From Candidatus Thorarchaeota archaeon (GTDB lineage: Archaea; Asgardarchaeota; Thorarchaeia; Thorarchaeales; Thorarchaeaceae): 64,000 nucleotides of DNA. Shown piece by piece: positions 54,104 to 63,797 of the stretch. The position numbers were made by a program, and so were the translations under genes. Numbering within the stretch: position 1 is the stretch's first letter; every line of letters begins with the position of its first letter. The notes below the pieces were generated by a model. That model ran no database searches. It was not told the origin of the DNA and saw only the letters and a list, made by a program, of their open reading frames with translations. The stretch covers positions 45,367 to 109,366 of the forward strand of contig JAWAQK010000002.1 of NCBI GenBank assembly GCA_038893995.1, read 5' to 3'.

Positions 54104-54664
54104 ATGAGAATGGTCGAATGTGTCTTTTCTGTTGTAGTCGTTCGGAGCCTGAATGTCTACTTTGCAGACTTCCCCGTCATGTTTCTGGTTATGCTACTCC
54201 TGTTGTCCGCATATGCATGGCTGGATCTCAAGACACGGCGTGTTTCCAACCGCAGCATACTGATTGGAGGTGCAATTGGACTCTCGTTGGCAATTGTCAC
54301 GGGTCCTCCTGTAGACAGTCTGATGTTGCACCTAGTTTCCCTGATTGTCGTGTCCATCACATCTCTCCTGCTTTGGCAGGTGGGTGCCATTGGAGGAGCC
54401 GACCTCAAGGTCATCTTTCTTACATCTATTCTGAGTCCCGGGCTAGAGTTTGCTCAGCTGGATGCTCTTCTAGAGATCATACTGGGCGATCTCCTGCGTA
54501 TTCTGACAATGCTTGTGCTTGGCATATTGTACCAACAGATGCAAAGACACAGAGGTGCATCAGCCCAGAACATTGTTCCACTGATCCCCCTCTTTCTCGT
54601 GGCATATGTCCTGTCACAGTTTGCTGTACTGACAGTTCGCATGGTCAATGGTCTAGCACCCTGA
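54104..54664 (+). CDS. A24-family prepilin/preflagellin peptidase
   Basis: DLKTRRVSN and GGADLK aspartate motifs, multiple TM helices; start uncertain. Confidence 0.8.
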   Translation: MRMVECVFSVVVVRSLNVYFADFPVMFLVMLLLLSAYAWLDLKTRRVSNRSILIGGAIGLSLAIVTGPPVDSLMLHLVSLIVVSITSLLLWQVGAIGGADLKVIFLTSILSPGLEFAQLDALLEIILGDLLRILTMLVLGILYQQMQRHRGASAQNIVPLIPLFLVAYVLSQFAVLTVRMVNGLAP

Positions 54665-55358
54665 TCCCATCATGACCTATTGTGAATGGGTGACGTTTCA
54701 GACTATGCTCGCTTCCTCGCATCTTCCACACGATCAGACTGCGCTCAAGCACTCCATGTCGCTCGGTGAGGTACAGCACGATCAGCCCTTGACATACGTA
54801 CTCCTCCACACCCGCAATGCTGAACGATTCCGACGCAGGTGTCTCTCCTATGAAGAGAGTTGTGACTTTCAGCTCTCTCAGCAGCGCGCCGATTCTGTAC
54901 AACTGGTACCTGGTCTCAGATGGCTCGTCAAACCTAAGACCCAGTCCTGACAGGCTGTCAATCACGATTCTCCGAGCACCGTACTCGTCTACTCCTCGGT
55001 AGATCTCTTCTGCCAGCGTGGTCATATCAAAGCCTCTTCTTAGGGCGTACTTCTCTGAGGTCGGAAGTCCCGCTTTGCTGGATGAGGCATCTATCATCAA
55101 GAAAAGACGCTGTTTCTCAAGCTCTCGTATGTCCCATTTGAACCCGAGTGCAAAATTTCGCACGTCGTCAGGCCTGGTTTCGAGGGTCACAAGTATGCCA
55201 GGTTCTTCTGACTGTGTCGCACCAGCGTGTAGGAACTGAAGTCCCAGTGTCGATTTTCCTGTGCCTGTACGCCCTGAAACAAGCGTGGTGCTTCCACGTT
55301 CAAACCCTCCCCCGACTAGGTTGTCCAAGCCAGGAATCCCTGTCTTGACTCTGTTCAT
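54645..55358 (-). CDS. KaiC/RAD55-like single-domain ATPase
   Basis: TGIPGLD, GRTGTGKS, RIVIDS, WKMRGSEH. Confidence 0.9.
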   Translation of the reverse strand: MNRVKTGIPGLDNLVGGGFERGSTTLVSGRTGTGKSTLGLQFLHAGATQSEEPGILVTLETRPDDVRNFALGFKWDIRELEKQRLFLMIDASSSKAGLPTSEKYALRRGFDMTTLAEEIYRGVDEYGARRIVIDSLSGLGLRFDEPSETRYQLYRIGALLRELKVTTLFIGETPASESFSIAGVEEYVCQGLIVLYLTERHGVLERSLIVWKMRGSEHSLKRHPFTIGHDGIRVLDH

Positions 55359-55364
55359 ATCATT

Positions 55365-55832
55365 TCATCCCTTGCAAGAGCTGATCTCCCATCCTTTCAA
55401 GACCCCTGACAGCATTGTCATCGTCACCTTGACGACATCCGGAGACTTCCGTATTCGGTCAACACGTTTCTCTAGGTCCGCATTGTCATTGCCCATCAAC
55501 AACGCGTAGATGGTCATTGGTTCACTGCTCACCGCCACCCAGAGGAACTCCTCCTGCTCAGCCATCTCTTCAGCAAATGAGGTCGTTCTGTGGGTACTGA
55601 ACTCGGCTATTATATGTCCACCAATCTCCACCTTGAGAAGTGCAGATACGTTGTAGCCCAAGGCTTCCGGACTGACAAGAGCACTGAATCTCTTCACAAC
55701 CCTCTCTCTAAGTCTCCTAGTCCGAAAGTGAATTGTTGTGTCTGGTCTTCCCAACTCTTCCGCGATCTCAACTACAGGCATCCTTGCATCTTTCTGGAGC
55801 AGTGATATTAGCTTTCTATCTAGGTCGTCCAT
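55365..55832 (-). CDS. Lrp/AsnC transcriptional regulator
   Basis: MDDLDRKLISLLQKDAR HTH, ALG, RAM-like C-terminal domain; co-oriented with the KaiC-like gene. Confidence 0.88.
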   Translation of the reverse strand: MDDLDRKLISLLQKDARMPVVEIAEELGRPDTTIHFRTRRLRERVVKRFSALVSPEALGYNVSALLKVEIGGHIIAEFSTHRTTSFAEEMAEQEEFLWVAVSSEPMTIYALLMGNDNADLEKRVDRIRKSPDVVKVTMTMLSGVLKGWEISSCKG

Positions 55833-56013
55833 AGTGTATTCACCGCAGGGGACATCTCGTAATACACCACGATACGGGGTAATTAAGCATTGTCAGTTTC
55901 GCAATTATTTCCCCAATCATCTCAACGTACTGGGATCTCGTCACCAGAAACCTGATTGAGTTGACCTCGTAGAGTGAAGTAATCACGAAACCGGTGCCAG
56001 TACAATGAGGAAG

Positions 56014-56337
56014 TCACAACGTGACGAACCCGATGAGCAGAGTCCATACAAGTACCCATAACAGAAGGTAGGACGCCAATGAGTCCACGATGAGCTTCTG
56101 TCGTCCCCCTATCCTTGATGGATCGACCTCGAGAAGGTATACAATTGCATAGAGTGAGATTATGTAGATCAAGATACCAAACACGATACCTCTTATGCCC
56201 CGAAACGCGTCACCTGCCAGAGCACACAGTACTCCACTCAGTAGCGCAAAGACCATCTTGACATAGAAACTCTGGTCTTGAGGACTATTCGCCCATCTAC
56301 CAAACATGCGCTTGAAGACGGCTCTGATTGGCCCCAT
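56014..56337 (-). CDS. EMC6/Rab5ip-like three-TM membrane protein
   Basis: ALLSG..C...G...GI.G (TM1-2) and Y...WVLVWTLL (TM3); 107 aa. Confidence 0.7.
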   Translation of the reverse strand: MGPIRAVFKRMFGRWANSPQDQSFYVKMVFALLSGVLCALAGDAFRGIRGIVFGILIYIISLYAIVYLLEVDPSRIGGRQKLIVDSLASYLLLWVLVWTLLIGFVTL

Positions 56338-56411
56338 ATCTGATCACCGGCAGTCGGGTGTATCAGCCATCGACCATGTTATAAAACGATTGGTCACTTT
56401 CTAATCTGAAA

Positions 56412-58415
56412 ATGAAAGAATCTATGAGTAACATCGACCTGAGGATGATCCTTCCAGAACTCCGGCAGGCTATCGAGGGCGGCTTTATCAAGAACATATA
56501 CCAGTACGGGCAGATCTTCGTTCTGAAAGTCTATCAACCAGGCGGTCAATACTCTCAGCTTCTACTGCAGCCAGGAGTTCGGGTGCATCTCACCCATTTC
56601 AGGAGGGTTGCAGAACGAGTTCCGTCCAAGTTCGTTGCTGTGCTGCGAAAATATCTCAGAGAGAAACGGATCGTATCAATTGGACAGCATGATCTCGACA
56701 GGATCCTATTGATCCAGGTTGGCGAATCCGGCTCCTCCTACAAGCTTGTTGTAGAACTCTTTGGACAGGGCAACTTGATCCTGCTTGATCCTGAAGACAG
56801 AGTGTTCATCGCGCTCAGCTATCGAAAGATGAGGGACAGAGACATAGTTCCAAGAGCAAAATACGAGTTTCCTCCACAACGTGGTATCGACATATTTGAG
56901 ATCGAAGATACGGCAATCAAGAACATCATTTCTGACTCCAATGCTAGTCTCATTCGCACACTTGCAAGCAGGCTCAACCTCGACGCCACCAGCTGCGAGG
57001 AGATCTGTTCTCTAGCAGGACTCAGTCCGACCATGAATGTTTCCGAGATGAGCCCGGAAGCACAGAATGATCTGGCAGTTGGTATCCGACGGTTTGCTGA
57101 GAAGCTGAGAGGTGGAGTGTCTAGACCAAGAGTTGTTCTGTATCACGACACGGATGAGCAGAATCCCGAGCCAGTAGCATTTCTGCCATTTGAGTTCAGT
57201 TTGTATGCGGCTCAGCCCCACAAGGAGTTTCAGTCCTTCAGTGAGGCAATCGATGAGTTCTTCGGAGTTTCTGAGGATGAAATAACAGAGACCGAAGACC
57301 CTGCACGTGCTGCAGAGCGTAACCGACTACAGCGGATCATCGAGAAACAGAGTGAGAGTCTGGACCACCTGATGGTGGAAGCTCAGCAGAAGAGACGAGA
57401 AGGTGATCTCATCTATGCCAATTTCCAAGTCGTAAACGACGTTCTCAATACGCTAAACAGCGCTCGCTCGAACGGAACAGAATGGGATGAGATAATCAGA
57501 AGGATCGACGAGGGACGATCTCGGGGACATGAAGTTGCTCGACTGATACAGGAGATTGACCCATCAGCCGCTCGGGTCACAGTCCTACTCGATGGGGTTC
57601 AAGTTCGACTAGACACCAGACTCTCAGCGCAAGAGAACGCCTCTCATGCCTATGAATTGGCGAAGAAGCTGGAAAAGAAGGCAGATGGTGCTCGATTGCA
57701 GATAGAAAAGGCGCAATCAAGGATGAATGAGTTGGACCTAGTACCCATTCAAAGTGCAACAACCATGCCTGTGCGGACAAGGAAACGCCGCTGGTATGAG
57801 AAGTACAGGTGGTTCATATCTTCTGAGGGTTTCCTCGTACTGGGAGGCAGGGATGCCAAGAGCAACGAGCTCCTCGCGAAGCGACAACTTGAGCCTAACG
57901 ACATCTTTCTCCACGCAGCACTGCATGGGGCTCCCTATACGGTCATCAAGGTCCCTCAGGATCCCCCTGGTACAGCCACCCTGTGGGAGGCAGCGCAGTT
58001 TGCAGTGAGTTTCTCAAGAGCCTGGCAGGATGGTCTGACCAGTGGCGATGCTTACTGGGTAACACCTGATCAGGTGAGCTTCTCGCCTCCTACAGGTGAG
58101 TACTTGCCCAGTGGTGGAGTGATGATATATGGCAGTCGCAACTATCTCAAGAATGTCCCTATCGATGTCTCAGCGGGGATTATCTTAGATGACCAAGAGG
58201 GTATTCCTGTCTGTGGTCCCACCAGCGCAGTGAAAAAGAACACTCCATATTCAGTACGAATCTACCCTGGCAGCACTAAGAAGAGTCAACTTGTGAAGGG
58301 GATAGTCGCGCGTTTGGCTTCGATGTTGCCTGAGGAGTCACGAAGTGTCCTTCATCTGATACCAGAAGAGGACTGGATGCGTGTCCTACCGCCTGGGGAC
58401 GGCAGACTTGAGTGA
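56412..58415 (+). CDS. rqcH: Ribosome rescue factor Rqc2/NEMF (NFACT family)
   Basis: MSNIDL, LRKYL, DRI, ELFGQGNLIL, WYEKYRWF, GGRDAKSNE, HA..HGAP, GEYLP.G. Confidence 0.95.
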   Translation: MKESMSNIDLRMILPELRQAIEGGFIKNIYQYGQIFVLKVYQPGGQYSQLLLQPGVRVHLTHFRRVAERVPSKFVAVLRKYLREKRIVSIGQHDLDRILLIQVGESGSSYKLVVELFGQGNLILLDPEDRVFIALSYRKMRDRDIVPRAKYEFPPQRGIDIFEIEDTAIKNIISDSNASLIRTLASRLNLDATSCEEICSLAGLSPTMNVSEMSPEAQNDLAVGIRRFAEKLRGGVSRPRVVLYHDTDEQNPEPVAFLPFEFSLYAAQPHKEFQSFSEAIDEFFGVSEDEITETEDPARAAERNRLQRIIEKQSESLDHLMVEAQQKRREGDLIYANFQVVNDVLNTLNSARSNGTEWDEIIRRIDEGRSRGHEVARLIQEIDPSAARVTVLLDGVQVRLDTRLSAQENASHAYELAKKLEKKADGARLQIEKAQSRMNELDLVPIQSATTMPVRTRKRRWYEKYRWFISSEGFLVLGGRDAKSNELLAKRQLEPNDIFLHAALHGAPYTVIKVPQDPPGTATLWEAAQFAVSFSRAWQDGLTSGDAYWVTPDQVSFSPPTGEYLPSGGVMIYGSRNYLKNVPIDVSAGIILDDQEGIPVCGPTSAVKKNTPYSVRIYPGSTKKSQLVKGIVARLASMLPEESRSVLHLIPEEDWMRVLPPGDGRLE

Positions 58416-58533
58416 TCGATCCGTCGACCTCAAGTATGACATCATTACATTTAATTGCCCACACTTAGCTAGGTATCATTGGAAGCATTGTGAGTGGCCG
58501 GTAGCAGGTCCGCCCGGATTGGAGGAATGTTCG

Positions 58534-59100
58534 ATGAACGTCTCATCTCACTCAATGAGTGTCAAGGAGATCATGACTACAAGTGTTGTGACCATGCCCC
58601 CCACGGCCACCGTACTTGAAGTCGCAAGATCGATGACCAAGATGAACATAGGGTCCGTTGTCATAGTAGAAGCCGGTAGGGCGGTTGGAATAGTTACAGA
58701 AACCGACATTGTACGCAGGCTCGTTGCTGAGGAGCTGGATCCTCGTAAGACATCAGTTGGCGAGATCATGAGTTCGCCGATTGTTCATGTGACACCAGAA
58801 ACACCTCTTACAACCGCTATGCGTCTGATGGCCCGGAATGACATTCGCAGACTCATTGTACTTAGAAACGATTCACTGGTCGGCATCATCACATCGCGTG
58901 ACATTCTCGAATGGTCCCCGGAGCTGATTGATATTCTGGTTGAGTCATTGCGGATGAAGGGTGGTGGACGCCCAGTGAGGTCCGCTGAGGAAGAGGATGA
59001 GATTGTCACATATGGGGGCATCTGCGACGGCTGTGAGGAGTATTCGACCGACCTTGTTCTTGAGGACGGACGCTACCTCTGCGAGAACTGTCGTAATTGA
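58534..59100 (+). CDS. CBS-pair protein with C-terminal Zn ribbon
   Basis: Two CBS units plus GICDGC...YLCENC; ATG 58534 after GGAGG. Confidence 0.88.
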   Translation: MNVSSHSMSVKEIMTTSVVTMPPTATVLEVARSMTKMNIGSVVIVEAGRAVGIVTETDIVRRLVAEELDPRKTSVGEIMSSPIVHVTPETPLTTAMRLMARNDIRRLIVLRNDSLVGIITSRDILEWSPELIDILVESLRMKGGGRPVRSAEEEDEIVTYGGICDGCEEYSTDLVLEDGRYLCENCRN

Positions 59101-59164
59101 AGATGCTCCTCTATGCTGACAGGTGACAAGCGTTGGAAGAAGATCCTATGGAGGTGCGTATACT

Positions 59165-59971
59165 TTGGAAGTAAGCCAGATAATGTCAGAAGCTGTGACC
59201 ATCGACAAGAATCAGAGACTGTCCTATGCCCTTGACCTTCTCGAAAGGAAGAAGGTCGATCGTCTCGTCGTGACGGATGGAAGTAGTGTACAGGGGATCG
59301 TGACCTACGCGGATATTGCAGATCGACTGAGCGTGAGCAAGGTCGTAGCAGTGTCCACTGGACGTCTTCACGTGTCCAGTGTAATGACCGAACCCGTCAT
59401 ATCAGTTGCTCCGGACGAAGATGTGTCAGATGTTGCACGTCTCATGGTTGATCGGGGAATGAGTGGGTGCCCCGTGATAGACAAGAATGGAATGTTAGTA
59501 GGAATGGTGACTAAGCGAGAGATCATTCAGCTGGCCAATAAGTTTGGTCATATTAAGGTCAAGGATATCATGACCTCTGAAATGCTCCTGACAGCAAACC
59601 CCTCTGAGCGGCTCATCAAGGTCAGGGCCGACATGCTTGGTGCAGGCTATTCTGGTGTGCCAGTCGTCGATGGAACGCGCGTTCTGGGACTGGTTACGGA
59701 AAAGAGTGTGGCTGAAGCAATGGCCCGATTCAGCACAGAGGTACCAGACAAGTATAGGTCAAATCAAGTACGCAATCTACGAGTTGTTGATGCAATGATT
59801 CAACAGCCGCCCGTAGTTTCACAAGACGACTCTCTCCCTGACGCTGTGAAAAAGCTGACCGAGAGCGGTCTGAATACTCTCCCAGTTGTGGACCGCGAAG
59901 GCAGGCTCGTTGGGATCATCAGTTCCACCGACATAACTAGATTCATTGCCAACAAATTCAAAGTTCCTTAG
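59165..59971 (+). CDS. Four-CBS-domain protein
   Basis: Four CBS repeats; TTG 59165 after GGAGGTG. Confidence 0.88.
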   Translation: MEVSQIMSEAVTIDKNQRLSYALDLLERKKVDRLVVTDGSSVQGIVTYADIADRLSVSKVVAVSTGRLHVSSVMTEPVISVAPDEDVSDVARLMVDRGMSGCPVIDKNGMLVGMVTKREIIQLANKFGHIKVKDIMTSEMLLTANPSERLIKVRADMLGAGYSGVPVVDGTRVLGLVTEKSVAEAMARFSTEVPDKYRSNQVRNLRVVDAMIQQPPVVSQDDSLPDAVKKLTESGLNTLPVVDREGRLVGIISSTDITRFIANKFKVP

Positions 59972-59998
59972 ACCTTCTGATCACATGTCTGTCTGGGA

Positions 59999-61324
59999 AT
60001 GTGGCCTTCCATGACTCTTGACCTACTACTGAAGCATGGGTCATTGATAGTCAATGGCCGGGTGCAGTTGGGATCAGTCGGAATCATCGGGAACAAGATT
60101 GCAGGCGTATACCTCACTGGCAACGAACCTCCTGCTAGACAATCAATAGATTGTACTGACTGCTTTGTCCTGCCTGGAATGATCGACATTCATGTACATC
60201 TCAGGGACCTGGGTGAAGCAAACAAAGAGGACTATGCTACTGGCACGATGGCAGCCGCCGCCGGAGGTGTGACGACAGTCGTCGATATGCCTAACTCTGT
60301 GCCTCCTGTACTTGACATGTCTGTACTGCAGGAGAAAATACGTCTTGCAAGGCTCAAGCGATATGTCAACATCGGCTTCTATGCAGGTGTTCCCAAGATA
60401 CCCGAAGACTTCGAACAGGATATGGTCCGTGACATCCTTGGACTCAAAGTCTATCCCCACTCACCTCTGTCAAAAGGCGTCCAGTATACTGAAGAACGTA
60501 TACTGGCCTGTATGCGACTTGCATCGCAGGTGGGCCGTCCACTGCTGATCCACCCTGATTCTTCTACTCCGTCCGACCTAGTACAGGACATCGATAGCTA
60601 TTTCCGGCTTCATAGTTGTGAGGGAGAGCTTAACTCGGTAAAACGATTTGTCGGTGCATTGAAGGAGGTCGGCGGTCATCTTCATGTCTGTCATGTCAGC
60701 TGCGGAATGGTTGCGGAGTACATAATGGAGAACAGAGCTGAAGATTCACTCACCGCAGAAACGACTCCTCACCATCTACTACTGAATAGCCTCAGTTTCC
60801 CTAACTCGGATGGTACTGCAAAGATGCTTCCGCCCCTGCGTTCTCCATATGACAATCAGGTCTTGCTCCGTGTACTCTGTGAAAAATGTGCTCTGGACTG
60901 TGTTGCATCTGATCATGCACCTCACACACCAGCCGAGAAGTCTCGTCCGTTCTTGGAGGCCGCTAGTGGGATTCCAGGCCTAGAAACAACAGTTCCCCTG
61001 CTGCTCACCGAGGTACTACTTGGCCGGATGTCATGGCTGGACTATCTACGTGTATGTTGCTCGGCCCCGGCCAGGATTCTGGGGCTCGGAACCAAGGGGA
61101 TCCTTGCTCCGGGTTATGATGCCGATCTGGTCATAGTCCGTCGTGGTGAGTATGTGATCCGCGGCCAAGAGTTCCTATCGAAAGCCAAGGTCACTCCCTT
61201 CGAGGGGAGACGTGTCCTCGCCAAACCTGTTATTACAATCGTCGGCGGTGTAGTCGTCTATGACGGCGGGGACATGATGGTCGGTCCAGGGGTTGCCGGC
61301 ACGGTTCCAATACGAAAACACTAA
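59999..61324 (+). CDS. pyrC: Dihydroorotase (amidohydrolase family)
   Basis: PGMIDIHVHLRD, DMPNS, HVCHVS, ETTPHHL, PPLR, SDHAPH, GIPGLET, TPFEG. Confidence 0.88.
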   Translation: MWPSMTLDLLLKHGSLIVNGRVQLGSVGIIGNKIAGVYLTGNEPPARQSIDCTDCFVLPGMIDIHVHLRDLGEANKEDYATGTMAAAAGGVTTVVDMPNSVPPVLDMSVLQEKIRLARLKRYVNIGFYAGVPKIPEDFEQDMVRDILGLKVYPHSPLSKGVQYTEERILACMRLASQVGRPLLIHPDSSTPSDLVQDIDSYFRLHSCEGELNSVKRFVGALKEVGGHLHVCHVSCGMVAEYIMENRAEDSLTAETTPHHLLLNSLSFPNSDGTAKMLPPLRSPYDNQVLLRVLCEKCALDCVASDHAPHTPAEKSRPFLEAASGIPGLETTVPLLLTEVLLGRMSWLDYLRVCCSAPARILGLGTKGILAPGYDADLVIVRRGEYVIRGQEFLSKAKVTPFEGRRVLAKPVITIVGGVVVYDGGDMMVGPGVAGTVPIRKH

Positions 61325-61338
61325 ACGTCAATACCTGT

Positions 61339-61989
61339 ATGAGGTACAGGGATGCACAGTTGACGTATGTCTATTCCGATGAAGATGGTGGCTTCCTCGT
61401 CAGGCTTGCTAGGCGTGCAGTAGAGGAGTATGTGACGGTTGGCAGAAAGATCGAGCCCCCTGAAGACTGCAGTCCACATCTGAAAAAGGAATCCGGAGTG
61501 TTTGTCACCCTGAACTCACTCAGTGACACCCATGTTGATCTGAGAGGATGTATTGGTCGCCCATATCCAAGCCAGCCACTAGTCGAGGCAACCATAGACT
61601 CCGCAATTGATGCTGCGGTAAACGATCCAAGGTTTCCACCTGTAAGGAAGGGTGAACTCGACAATTTGCTGGTTGAGATCAGTGTTCTGACTCCTCCAAT
61701 GCCAATCAAGTACGATGACCCTCATGAACTCCTCAACATAGTGAAGGTGGGACGCGACGGTCTCATTGTGTCGCGGGGAATGTGGCGCGGACTCCTCCTG
61801 CCACAGGTCCCTGTTGAGTGGAACTGGAGCGTCAGGGAATTCCTCGAACACACTTGCATGAAGGCCGGTCTCCCCAGCAACGCCTGGTTAGACCGCAATA
61901 CAAAGTTCATGTCATTCCAAGCAGAGATCTTTGGAGAGGTGAATCCTAGAGGGGACATAGTGCGGAATCCATCTCATTCAAGGGCCTGA
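61339..61989 (+). CDS. AMMECR1-family protein
   Basis: GVFVTL, LRGCIG, DPRF, EISVL, GRDGL, LLPQV, KAGL. Confidence 0.93.
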   Translation: MRYRDAQLTYVYSDEDGGFLVRLARRAVEEYVTVGRKIEPPEDCSPHLKKESGVFVTLNSLSDTHVDLRGCIGRPYPSQPLVEATIDSAIDAAVNDPRFPPVRKGELDNLLVEISVLTPPMPIKYDDPHELLNIVKVGRDGLIVSRGMWRGLLLPQVPVEWNWSVREFLEHTCMKAGLPSNAWLDRNTKFMSFQAEIFGEVNPRGDIVRNPSHSRA

Positions 61990-62003
61990 GGGATGATGTA
62001 GCC

Positions 62004-62861
62004 ATGACCGGATTGCCGCCTTCTGCGATATTAGACCTGCAGCGATATCTGGAAGAGGACATTCGATCCGGCGACATAACGACGAGTTGTCTAGATGGTC
62101 TTGATATGGATGGGGTTGGCACGGTGTTCTCCAGAGAGAGGGTCATAGTGGCTGGAGTCGAGGAGACCCGCGCAATCTGTGACTTGACTGGTCTTAGGTG
62201 TGAGTCGTTGGTGTATGAGGGTAATTGGGTGTCTCCTGATGAACCCGTTCTACGAATTGCTGGCTCTGTAAGAACTCTTCTTGCTGTTGAGAGAGTGATC
62301 CTCAATATAATGATGAGAATGTGCGGCATTGCAACCAAGACCTACAGACTGGCTGCCCTCGCGAAACGAGTCAATCCCCATGTGAGAGTCGCAGCTACCA
62401 GAAAGACTACGCCCGGCTTTCGATTCTTTGAGAAGAGGGCAGTGATGTTGGGGGGCGGAGATCCCCACAGATTCGCTCTTGATGATATGGTCTTGATAAA
62501 GAACAATCATATCGCAGTCGTCGGGGGCGTTTCAGAGGCTGTCAAAGCTGCGAGGAGAACGGTTTCGTTTACGAAGAAGATCTCTTGTGAGACTAGGACA
62601 CTGGCTGAGGTTCAAGAGGCCATCGAGGCAGGAGCTGATATCATACTTCTTGACAATTTCACACCAAAGATGCTCGGGAATGTGATCCGAGTCATCGATG
62701 AGAGGGGTCTCAGACAAAGAGTGATCCTCGAGGCATCAGGTGGTATCGATGAGTCCAACATCGAGGAATACGCTGCATGTGGTGTCGACATCATCTCGTG
62801 TGGTGCCATTACGCATTCATATCGGTCTGCAGATCTCCACATGTCGATATCCCTCTCCTAA
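62004..62861 (+). CDS. nadC: Quinolinate phosphoribosyltransferase
   Basis: EDIRSGDIT, ERVILN, TRKTTPG, HRFALDD, LLDNF, EASGGI. Confidence 0.96.
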   Translation: MTGLPPSAILDLQRYLEEDIRSGDITTSCLDGLDMDGVGTVFSRERVIVAGVEETRAICDLTGLRCESLVYEGNWVSPDEPVLRIAGSVRTLLAVERVILNIMMRMCGIATKTYRLAALAKRVNPHVRVAATRKTTPGFRFFEKRAVMLGGGDPHRFALDDMVLIKNNHIAVVGGVSEAVKAARRTVSFTKKISCETRTLAEVQEAIEAGADIILLDNFTPKMLGNVIRVIDERGLRQRVILEASGGIDESNIEEYAACGVDIISCGAITHSYRSADLHMSISLS

Positions 62862-63121
62862 TCCGCTCCTTCAACCAGTCATCTGGTTCTGACATTGGCA
62901 GTATTCTGTGAGGGATCACAGTCGCAGTAACTACCCCATTCCCTTGCAAGAGCTATCTTTGACGCGACCCTTATCCAAGTGAAACCGACTCTTGTGGCAA
63001 TCTGTCCTACAGAGTGAATTTCCTCTCGAGCTAGGGACTAACAGATCAACTCTGTGGCCCGGACCCGTTTCCAGGCGCATACTTTAGGTAACGCCTGATG
63101 GGAAACTACAACTAGCGATAG

Positions 63122-63196
63122 TGCCCCGGCCGGGATTTGAACCCGGGTCGCAGGAGCGAAAGTCCTAAATGCTGGGCCGGTCTACACCACCGGGGC
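63122..63196 (-). tRNA. tRNA-Glu(TTC)
   Basis: GCCCCGG acceptor, TAGGA-CTTTCGC-TCCTG, CCGGG-TTCAAAT-CCCGG; CCA not encoded. Confidence 0.95.
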
Positions 63197-63275
63197 ATTT
63201 CAACATCACCACCAATGTGGACTGCTATTAAGACTTATGCAAGTCGGGGCTGTGATCACTCATCGCAGGAGTTTC

Positions 63276-63662
63276 TCAATCTCTTTCCCCATTCTCGGCG
63301 CTATCCGTTTTCCTAGTGTGATTAGATGACCGGTGTCCGAGCCCGTCGCGAAAGTGACTCTTGCGGAGAGAGATTGCCTGCTGTAGGATGGCAGATGCTT
63401 CTGTGACGTCCTTTTCTCCCTCACATGCAGCCCTGAGGAAGAACACTTGCAGTTCCTTCTGATCCGGGAGTCCAGTGATTGCACTTGAGGACGACACCAA
63501 TGTTGGTACCGCAACAACTCCGAATTCTTGTGCGATGTCTTTATGTTCGTCAACATCAACCTCAAGGATGTGGGTTTGGAGGCCCGGTTCCAACTCGTCG
63601 CTTATCATGCTCATGAGCACATCACAGAACGTGCACCTGCTGCTTCGGAACATCAGTATCAA
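63276..63662 (-). CDS. Thioredoxin-fold protein
   Basis: CTFC motif, EVDVDE, FGV.AVPTL (cis-Pro). Confidence 0.8.
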   Translation of the reverse strand: MILMFRSSRCTFCDVLMSMISDELEPGLQTHILEVDVDEHKDIAQEFGVVAVPTLVSSSSAITGLPDQKELQVFFLRAACEGEKDVTEASAILQQAISLRKSHFRDGLGHRSSNHTRKTDSAENGERD

Positions 63663-63797
63663 TTCTGTTACCCCGTGTTCACTCGCTCATGTCTACTGCA
63701 AGGATTTAAGCACCGAACGGATTGACTTTGTATTGTTTCTTTGATGTCTGGCACAACGTTAATATCCTGATCCTTCCGGACTCCAATCACGACTGAA

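Noticed and set aside
62900-63030. RNase P RNA-like words (GAGGAAA...ACAGAA) on the minus strand
   Set aside because: The two segments cannot form the P4 helix and are too close together
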